A program made the position numbers and the translations under genes. Below the pieces are notes generated by a model that was not told the origin of the DNA, ran no database searches, and saw only the letters and a program-made list of their open reading frames with translations. DNA of 24,000 nt from assembly GCF_900099735.1 (NCBI RefSeq), contig NZ_FNDT01000001.1, positions 341,722 to 365,721 on the forward strand, read 5' to 3'. This document shows positions 9,654 to 15,447 of this stretch, piece after piece. Within the stretch, counting starts at the first letter, position 1; each line of letters begins with the position of its first letter. Source of the DNA: Arthrobacter subterraneus (GTDB taxonomy: Bacteria > Actinomycetota > Actinomycetes > Actinomycetales > Micrococcaceae).

Positions 9654-9931
9654 ACCATAACGAACACCCGGCCGGCCACCGGCCCGGCCCGCCGCCTCCG
9701 CAGCAGCCAGGTCCGGACAGGCGGGCCCTGTCTGTGCGTGCCGGGCTGGCCTTCCTGATAGTCATTGCCGTGATCTACCTGCTGACCAGCCACTGGCTGC
9801 ACGTACTCGACGCCCTGCCCTACGTCCTCGTGGTGGGAATGCTGGGGATGCACCTGTTCGGGCACGGCGGCCACGGCGGCCACGGCGGCCACGGCAACAC
9901 TACCGGCGGGAGGACGGACGATGCCCGATGA
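9650..9931 (+). CDS. Small membrane protein with C-terminal (HGG)n tail, DUF2933-like
   Basis: The track ORF 9422-9931 overlaps the GAPDH gene out of frame. The plausible start is the in-frame GTG at 9650, overlapping the GAPDH stop (GTGA), giving 93 aa. The product has an NHNEHPAGH N-terminus, one clear hydrophobic helix (GLAFLIVIAVIYLL), then [27 protein letters not shown]. From memory this matches the DUF2933 pattern (LPYLLLL..PLMHLFMHGGHGGH). Confidence 0.7.
   Translation: MNHNEHPAGHRPGPPPPQQPGPDRRALSVRAGLAFLIVIAVIYLLTSHWLHVLDALPYVLVVGMLGMHLFGHGGHGGHGGHGNTTGGRTDDAR
9863..9895 (+). repeat. In-frame 9-bp tandem repeat (CACGGCGGC x3.7) encoding (HGG)n
   Basis: Three perfect copies at 9863-9889 plus the partial copy CACGGC, in frame with the DUF2933-like ORF. 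Confidence 0.9.
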
Positions 9932-10601
9932 CTACGGGTACAACCTCTGGTTCCTGGTGATCCTGAACTCGGCAATCTTCATTATCTTCGCGTTCAGTTT
10001 CGTCAAACCCCGGACGAAACCGGACTGGCGGGCCTTCGGCGGGTTCTCCGCCTTCGTGATCGCCCTGTTTACCGAGATGTACGGCTTCCCGCTGACCATC
10101 TATTTCCTGTCCGGCTGGCTGGGCAGCCGGTTCCCGGACCTGAACCTGCTGACCCACAATTCCGGTCACCTGTGGCAGGACCTTTTCGGCTGGCAGGGCG
10201 ACCCGCACCTGAACCCCCTGCACCTGCTGAGCAACGTGCTCATCTTCGCCGGCTTCATCCTGCTGTACCAGGCGTGGCGGATCCTGTATGCGGCCCAGCG
10301 GGAACACCGGCTGGCGGTCACCGGCATCTACGCCCGTATGCGCCACCCCCAGTACCTGGGATTCCTGACCATCATGTTCGGCTTCCTGCTGCAGTGGCCC
10401 ACCATCCTGACACTGATCATGTTTCCGATCCTCGTGGTGGTCTACCACCGGCTGGCCAAACGCGAAGAAAAGGACATCACAGCCGGATTCGGAGACGATT
10501 ACCTCGACTATGCCCGCCGGGTGCCGGCCTTCATACCGCGGCTGAGGCCGAACAAAACCAGTCCCGGACCGAACCGGCCGCACGGCCCGGACACCCGGTA
10601 G
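9921..10601 (+). CDS. Isoprenylcysteine carboxyl methyltransferase (ICMT)/phospholipid methyltransferase-family membrane protein
   Basis: 226-aa ORF whose ATG at 9921 overlaps the upstream stop (ATGCCCGATGA). It has several hydrophobic segments. The C-terminal signature is LAVTGIYARMRHPQYLGFLTIMFGFLL followed by EEKDITAGFGDDYLDYARRVPAFIP, typical of this family. Confidence 0.88.
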   Translation: MPDDYGYNLWFLVILNSAIFIIFAFSFVKPRTKPDWRAFGGFSAFVIALFTEMYGFPLTIYFLSGWLGSRFPDLNLLTHNSGHLWQDLFGWQGDPHLNPLHLLSNVLIFAGFILLYQAWRILYAAQREHRLAVTGIYARMRHPQYLGFLTIMFGFLLQWPTILTLIMFPILVVVYHRLAKREEKDITAGFGDDYLDYARRVPAFIPRLRPNKTSPGPNRPHGPDTR

Positions 10602-10676
10602 CGGCCGGTGCGGCCGCCAGTCTCCGGCAGCCACTCCGGGTTCTCGTAAATGGCTGCTGTACTTGCTGCAGGCGCT

Positions 10677-10707
10677 CCGGGGGCGGAGCCACCGCTGCCG
10701 CCCCCGG
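10677..10707 (+). terminator. GC-rich hairpin (CCGGGGGCGG-N11-CCGCCCCCGG), candidate operon-end terminator without U-tract
   Basis: Perfect 10-bp arms at 10677-10686 and 10698-10707, about 75 nt after the ICMT-family stop codon, in the first gap longer than 60 nt after a long run of tightly packed genes. Confidence 0.35.
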
Positions 10708-10735
10708 CCACCCCTTGGCCGGCCTTACGGGCGGC

Positions 10736-10769
10736 CCGCAGCGGGACGGTCCGCAGCGGGACGGTCCGC
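10736..10769. repeat. 15-bp tandem repeat (CCGCAGCGGGACGGT x2.3) in intergenic DNA
   Basis: Copies at 10736-10750 and 10751-10765, plus the partial copy CCGC, upstream of the permease gene. Confidence 0.85.
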
Positions 10770-10834
10770 CGGGTCACTGGCTCCGCTTCGCGTATCCTGA
10801 TGATCCTGACCGGAGGAGGTGAGCACGAACGTTC

Positions 10835-11818
10835 ATGAACCTCTCGGACCGCCCTTCGTCCCGCCTCCGTTCCAGCGGCGGCAGCCACGGTGCTCCCATG
10901 CGTAACCGTGACGGAGGCGTCCCTGTGAGACCGGCCGGACCGGGAAATCCCTTGCGGCGGCCGAAGCCGTTACGCATGCTCTGGATCACCTTTGCCTGGG
11001 GATCCTGTTTCCTGGCCATCAATATAGGACTGGAGGACGCGCCGGTCCTGTGGTTCGCCGCGTTGCGGGCGCTCCTCGCCGGCGGAGCCCTCCTCGCGGT
11101 GGCGGGGCTGCGGCGGGCGCCGATGCCGCGTGGACGGCGGACCTGGCTGCTGATAACGGTGCTGGGCGTTGTCAACGTGTCGGTGGCCTTCGGCGCCATG
11201 TTCGGCGGCCTGGTCGGGCTCTCGACGGGGGCCGCCTCGGTCCTGGCCAATGCCCAGCCGTTGCTCATCGTGCTTCCGGCCTGGTGGATCTACAAGGAAA
11301 GGATCTCGCCAAGGACTCTGGCCGCGGTCGGTGTTGGCTTTGCGGGACTGCTGGCTGTGGCCGCACCCGGTGGCGCGGGCACCGGGGCATGGCTATCGCT
11401 GACCTCGGCTCTGGCAATCACCGCCGGAACACTTATTTCACGGCAGCTGAAGTCCAACGTCCTGCCGGTGATCGGATGGCATTTCGTGGTCGGTGGCGTG
11501 GTACTGGCGCTGGCAGCCTGGCTGACCGAGGGCGCCCCGGCCATTAATTGGAGTGCACGGTTCGTCGCCATTCTCCTGTATGTGTCCCTCGTGGGGACCG
11601 CCGCGGCATTCCTCGCCTGGTTTACCGAGGTCCAGCACTGCCGCCTGGACACTCTTTCGGCGTGGACCTTCCTGGTGCCGGTATTCGGCATCCTGCTGTC
11701 GATACTCATCCTGGGAGAACCCCAGACCTTCTGGAGCATGGCCGGCATGGGCTTGGTTGTGCTGTCCATGGTCTTCCTGACAGCGCCGGGGAAACGCAGC
11801 GTCCAAGCGCCCCAATGA
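10835..11818 (+). CDS. EamA/DMT-superfamily permease
   Basis: 327-aa ORF, almost entirely hydrophobic helices after an Arg/Pro-rich leader. It has the two-repeat DMT look (WITFAWGSCFLAINIGL... and ...VSLVGTAAAFLAWFTEVQH). The start is uncertain: ATG 10835, 10898 and 10976 are all in frame. GGAGGAGG lies at 10812-10819. Confidence 0.75.
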   Translation: MNLSDRPSSRLRSSGGSHGAPMRNRDGGVPVRPAGPGNPLRRPKPLRMLWITFAWGSCFLAINIGLEDAPVLWFAALRALLAGGALLAVAGLRRAPMPRGRRTWLLITVLGVVNVSVAFGAMFGGLVGLSTGAASVLANAQPLLIVLPAWWIYKERISPRTLAAVGVGFAGLLAVAAPGGAGTGAWLSLTSALAITAGTLISRQLKSNVLPVIGWHFVVGGVVLALAAWLTEGAPAINWSARFVAILLYVSLVGTAAAFLAWFTEVQHCRLDTLSAWTFLVPVFGILLSILILGEPQTFWSMAGMGLVVLSMVFLTAPGKRSVQAPQ

Positions 11819-11949
11819 CTCCCGGACCAGTAGGCGGCACAACAGCCACTGGCCCGGGTGCCCTGCGCCTTGGTAGGCTCCACCTGTCAGAGCGGTCGAA
11901 ATGCTTAGTTTCCGGAACGCTTGACGCGTGGCAACTTCGAGGAGGCACA

Positions 11950-13002
11950 GTGAAGGCACTTGTTTACGGCGGACCGGGTCAGAAATCCTGGCAGGACGTA
12001 CCTGACCCAAGAATCGTCAACCCCACCGACGCCATCGTGCGGATCGACACGACGACCATCTGCGGTACCGACCTGCACATCCTCAAAGGCGATGTCCCCG
12101 CCGTCCAGCCCGGACGGATCCTCGGCCATGAAGGAGTCGGCACCATCACGGACGTCGGCGCATCCGTCGGCAATCTCACGGTCGGCGACAGGGTCATCAT
12201 CTCCTGCATCAAATCGTGCGGGCACTGCGCCAACTGCCGGACAGGGCTGTACTCGCACTGTCTGGGGGATGAAGGACAGTCCGGCATCGGCTGGATTTTC
12301 GGCCACCTCATCGACGGCACCCAGGCCGAATACGTGCGCGTGCCTTATGCGGATAACTCATTGCACCGGCTCCCCGAAGGGGTCAGTGACGAGCAGGCGG
12401 TCATGCTCTCGGACATCCTGCCGACAGGTTTTGAAATCGGCGTCCAGTACGGCCGGGTCAAGCCCGGCGACACGGTTGCGGTGATCGGCGCCGGTCCGGT
12501 AGGACTGGCAGCAATCGCCACGGCAGGACTTTACGGGGCAGCGGCCATCATCGCCATCGACCTCGATGAGAACCGGCTGGAGCAGGCCAGAACCTTCGGC
12601 GCCACCGAAACGGTCATCTCCGGCTCCGGCTGGAAAGAACAGGTCCTGGCTTTGACAGATGGCCAGGGCGTGGATGTTGCCATTGAGGCCGTGGGCATCC
12701 CCCAGACGTTCGAGATGGCCACCCGGATCGTCCGCCCCGGAGGCAACGTCGCCAACGTCGGCGTACACGGAAAGCCCGTCGAACTGCACCTCGAGGAACT
12801 GTGGATCCAGAACATCAACATCAGCACGGGGCTCGTCAACGCCAACACCACGCCCATGCTTCTGAAGCTGGTGGCCCAGCAGAAGCTCCCCGCGGAGAAA
12901 TTTGCGACCCACCGGTTCACCCTGGACAACATCCTGGACGCCTACGACACCTTCTCCCGGGCATCTGAAACCAACGCTTTGAAAGTTGTCATCACGCGTT
13001 AG
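11950..13002 (+). CDS. Zinc-dependent NAD(P) alcohol dehydrogenase (MDR superfamily)
   Basis: The real start is GTG 11950 (350 aa), directly after GAGGAGG. The upstream part of track ORF 11548-13002 overlaps the permease gene. Motifs: VKALVYGGPG, ICGTDLH, GHEGVG (catalytic Zn ligands), CGHCANCRTGLYSHC (structural Zn) and GAGPVGL (Rossmann). Confidence 0.92.
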   Translation: MKALVYGGPGQKSWQDVPDPRIVNPTDAIVRIDTTTICGTDLHILKGDVPAVQPGRILGHEGVGTITDVGASVGNLTVGDRVIISCIKSCGHCANCRTGLYSHCLGDEGQSGIGWIFGHLIDGTQAEYVRVPYADNSLHRLPEGVSDEQAVMLSDILPTGFEIGVQYGRVKPGDTVAVIGAGPVGLAAIATAGLYGAAAIIAIDLDENRLEQARTFGATETVISGSGWKEQVLALTDGQGVDVAIEAVGIPQTFEMATRIVRPGGNVANVGVHGKPVELHLEELWIQNINISTGLVNANTTPMLLKLVAQQKLPAEKFATHRFTLDNILDAYDTFSRASETNALKVVITR

Positions 13003-13186
13003 CCGGCTTCACCTGAAGAGCCCGAAGCAACCCGACCGCAGGCACTACAACGGAACAAGCGGCCTGGAAAGTGTCAGCGTCGCTTCTTCGTACCGCCTCT
13101 GCCCGGGCACGTACTGTGACGGGAGATTGGAGCCTCAACTGCCATGAATCTGCGCCTGCCGCGTTATCAGCAGAACCCTGAGCATC

Positions 13187-15436
13187 GTGCCGGATCCATG
13201 CTGTGACGCCGGGTCGATGACCACAAGCGGCGCCGCGCTGCCCTCAGCAAACGGTCCCGGCGCAGACAACGTGGGCAGTGGCACCGCCGAACCCCACGGC
13301 GCTGTCCCGGATGATCAGCCAGGCAGTGCGTCGATGACGGAGTGCGCCCCCTGCGTGGCCCGGCCGCTGCCGCTGCCCCAACGCGTGGAGTCAGTCCGGG
13401 CGGCCATTGCGGCAGAGCCGGAGCCGCTGGTCACACTGACGCACCTGCTGCAGCTGTGCCGTGACGAGCACCCGGTGCTGCAGGAACGGATACAGGATCC
13501 CGCCTGCCGAGCCCGGGCAGCACGGATCGCAGCCGGCGTGATGCCGCTGCTGCCCGCCCAGGCGCCGGGGGCCGTGTTCGGCCCGCAGGCCCGCGGTGCC
13601 CTTGCGGCAGCACTGGCCCCGGACCCGGACCTGCCGGCTGTAGTGGTGGCGCGCGCCCTGGCCGAACTGCTCGACGAACACTATTTCCGCAGCTTCATCG
13701 AGTCCTTTCGCCGCCGCAGCCCCTACCAGCCGGGGGTGGGCGATCCTATCCCGCTGGACAGTCCCGATCTACGGCAGGTCACCACGCTTCCGCCGACGTC
13801 CCCGCCGTGGCGGCTGGCCAACCGCCTGGACGAGACCCGCCACGTCCGGCTGGCCGGCGAGTGGGTCATGCAGTTCCAGGTCGTCTTCGACTACGGTCTG
13901 GCCGGCGCACTCAGCGGCCTCATCGGTCCGGACACCATCGTGGCAACCTGCCATCCGAACCAGACGTTAGCCGAGTTCCGGTTCCCTGCCGACACCCGGG
14001 GCCGTACCTTCCCGGTCCGCCCCGCGGACGAACAACGCCAGCACCGGGAAATTGACCGGCTGATCGGCGCAGCCGTTGCCGCCGGCGCGAGCATCGTCGT
14101 GCTTCCCGAACTGTGCGTCACCGAGCCGCTGGCCGCCCGGCTGCAGGGCTGGACCTGCCGCCCCGACGGGCCGCGGATGCTGGTCGCCGGCAGCTACCAT
14201 CACGACGGGCACGACGGGCACGACGGGCCGCCGCGGCGGCGCAACACCGCCGTCGCCTATCTGCGCGGCTGCCCGTCCCCACTGACCCAGGACAAGCATT
14301 CCCCTGCCGACCGGCCGGTCAACGAAGACATCCAGCCGCCGGGCTGGCCGCAGTTACGCGTCCATGTCAGCGACGACGGATGGCACCTGGTGATGGCGAT
14401 CTGCCGGGACCTGCTCAACCCGCACGCCGTGCACGCCCTGACCGAGGCCGGCGCCAACCTCCTGCTGGTACCGGCAATGAGCGAGACTATGACCGCCTTC
14501 GGTGGCCCCGTGGCGAACCTTGTCGGAGCGGGCCAGGCCTTCGTGGCGGTGGCCAACAACCCCGCCGATTTCTCCGGCCCGGCCGAGCCGACCGCCCGCC
14601 GGCCCGCCCGGGCACTGTTCGGCCACCCCGGCTTCGGGCAGCTGACCCGGCTCGTGCAGCCGCCCGGAGCCGAGCCGGGCGTGGCGCTGCTGCACGTGCA
14701 GACCGGACAGCTGCAATGGCTGGACACCGGTACCGCCCGGCCGCACCCGGGCCGTACCGGAACCGCGATGCTGCCGGTGTGGGCCGGCCGGCTGGCCCGG
14801 CTGACCGGGCCGGCCCGCTTCGGACCGGACCGGTGGCAGTCAACGCAGGTCGCCCTGCGGGCCGCGGCGGCGCTTGTACTGCTCACCGACGACAGCCGGC
14901 ACGGCCCGGCGGTACTGCTCACCGAACGCGCACCCGACCTGGCCCACTACCCGGGGCAACTGGTCTTTCCCGGCGGCGGCGCCGAAGCCGGCGACGACGG
15001 GCCGGCCGCCACAGCGCTGCGCGAGGCCGCCGAGGAAACCGGACTGGACCCGGGCAGCGTACAGATTCTCGGCACCCTGCCCCCGCTGGCGCATCCCGAC
15101 AGCGGCTTCCTGCTCACCCCGGTACTCGCCTGGTCGGCAGGTCCCGTCTTCACGGGCACGACCAACCTGGCCGAAGTCAGCACACTCACCACCATTCCCC
15201 TGCGCCGGCGCGCATACGCAGATCCTGAAGAACGGGCCCTGGCTGCGGACCAGGGAACACCGATTGGTGGTTCCCGGCCTGCCCCGCTTGGAGCCGTCAC
15301 CGGAACAATCCTCGACCTGCTCAGAGGCATGCTCGACCTGGGCGGGACACCGGATGCCGCGACGGCCGGGGCCGACCCCGTACAAGGAACGGTCCTACCA
15401 CCACTGACCCTCCGATCCTGGAAGCAGTCACAGTGA
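13187..15436 (+). CDS. Multidomain protein: unknown N-terminal region + nitrilase-superfamily C-N hydrolase domain + CoA-pyrophosphatase-type Nudix hydrolase domain
   Basis: Single 749-codon frame. The start is uncertain: GTG 13187, ATG 13217 or ATG 13334. C-N hydrolase blocks occur in canonical order: IVVLPELC (Glu, nt 14108-14110), TQDKHSP (Lys, 14294-14296) and VMAICRDLLNP (Cys, 14402-14404). The Nudix region is LLTERAPDLAHYPGQLVFPGGGAEAGDDGPAATALREAAEETGL (box at nt 14972-15046). Residues 1 to about 215 are not recognisable. Confidence 0.8.
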   Translation: MPDPCCDAGSMTTSGAALPSANGPGADNVGSGTAEPHGAVPDDQPGSASMTECAPCVARPLPLPQRVESVRAAIAAEPEPLVTLTHLLQLCRDEHPVLQERIQDPACRARAARIAAGVMPLLPAQAPGAVFGPQARGALAAALAPDPDLPAVVVARALAELLDEHYFRSFIESFRRRSPYQPGVGDPIPLDSPDLRQVTTLPPTSPPWRLANRLDETRHVRLAGEWVMQFQVVFDYGLAGALSGLIGPDTIVATCHPNQTLAEFRFPADTRGRTFPVRPADEQRQHREIDRLIGAAVAAGASIVVLPELCVTEPLAARLQGWTCRPDGPRMLVAGSYHHDGHDGHDGPPRRRNTAVAYLRGCPSPLTQDKHSPADRPVNEDIQPPGWPQLRVHVSDDGWHLVMAICRDLLNPHAVHALTEAGANLLLVPAMSETMTAFGGPVANLVGAGQAFVAVANNPADFSGPAEPTARRPARALFGHPGFGQLTRLVQPPGAEPGVALLHVQTGQLQWLDTGTARPHPGRTGTAMLPVWAGRLARLTGPARFGPDRWQSTQVALRAAAALVLLTDDSRHGPAVLLTERAPDLAHYPGQLVFPGGGAEAGDDGPAATALREAAEETGLDPGSVQILGTLPPLAHPDSGFLLTPVLAWSAGPVFTGTTNLAEVSTLTTIPLRRRAYADPEERALAADQGTPIGGSRPAPLGAVTGTILDLLRGMLDLGGTPDAATAGADPVQGTVLPPLTLRSWKQSQ
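14201..14227 (+). repeat. In-frame 9-bp tandem repeat (CACGACGGG x3) encoding HDGHDGHDG
   Basis: Three perfect copies, in frame (codons 339-347 counted from 13187). They lie between the Glu and Lys blocks of the C-N hydrolase domain. Confidence 0.9.
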
Positions 15437-15447
15437 CAGGTGGCGGG

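Noticed and set aside
11910-11917. A TTCCGGAA palindrome next to a TTGACG hexamer, upstream of the ADH gene.
   Set aside because: An 8-bp palindrome is expected many times by chance, and the TTGACG is too close (about 24 nt) to the start codon to be a normal -35 element.
11548-11949. N-terminal extensions offered by the ORF track: the ADH ORF from 11548, the small-peptide ORF from 9422, the ackA ORF up to 23304, the USP ORF from 23241, the fusion gene from 5311, and the MCO ORF from 17917.
   Set aside because: The extensions overlap neighbouring genes or run through promoter regions and lack homology-like sequence. Internal starts with good Shine-Dalgarno sequences coincide with the conserved N-termini (11950, 9650, 23100, 23346, 5338, 17944).
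13144-13206. A 20-codon upstream ORF (MNLRLPRYQQNPEHRAGSML) overlaps the GTG start of the amidase-Nudix gene.
   Set aside because: It has no RBS, no conservation evidence and unremarkable composition. It is likely fortuitous.
9863-14227. Whether the short tandem repeats could be CRISPR or mobile-element termini.
   Set aside because: The repeats are 9-15 bp, directly adjacent with no spacers, and mostly in frame within genes. No cas, transposase or integrase genes, or terminal inverted repeats flanking a cassette, were seen.
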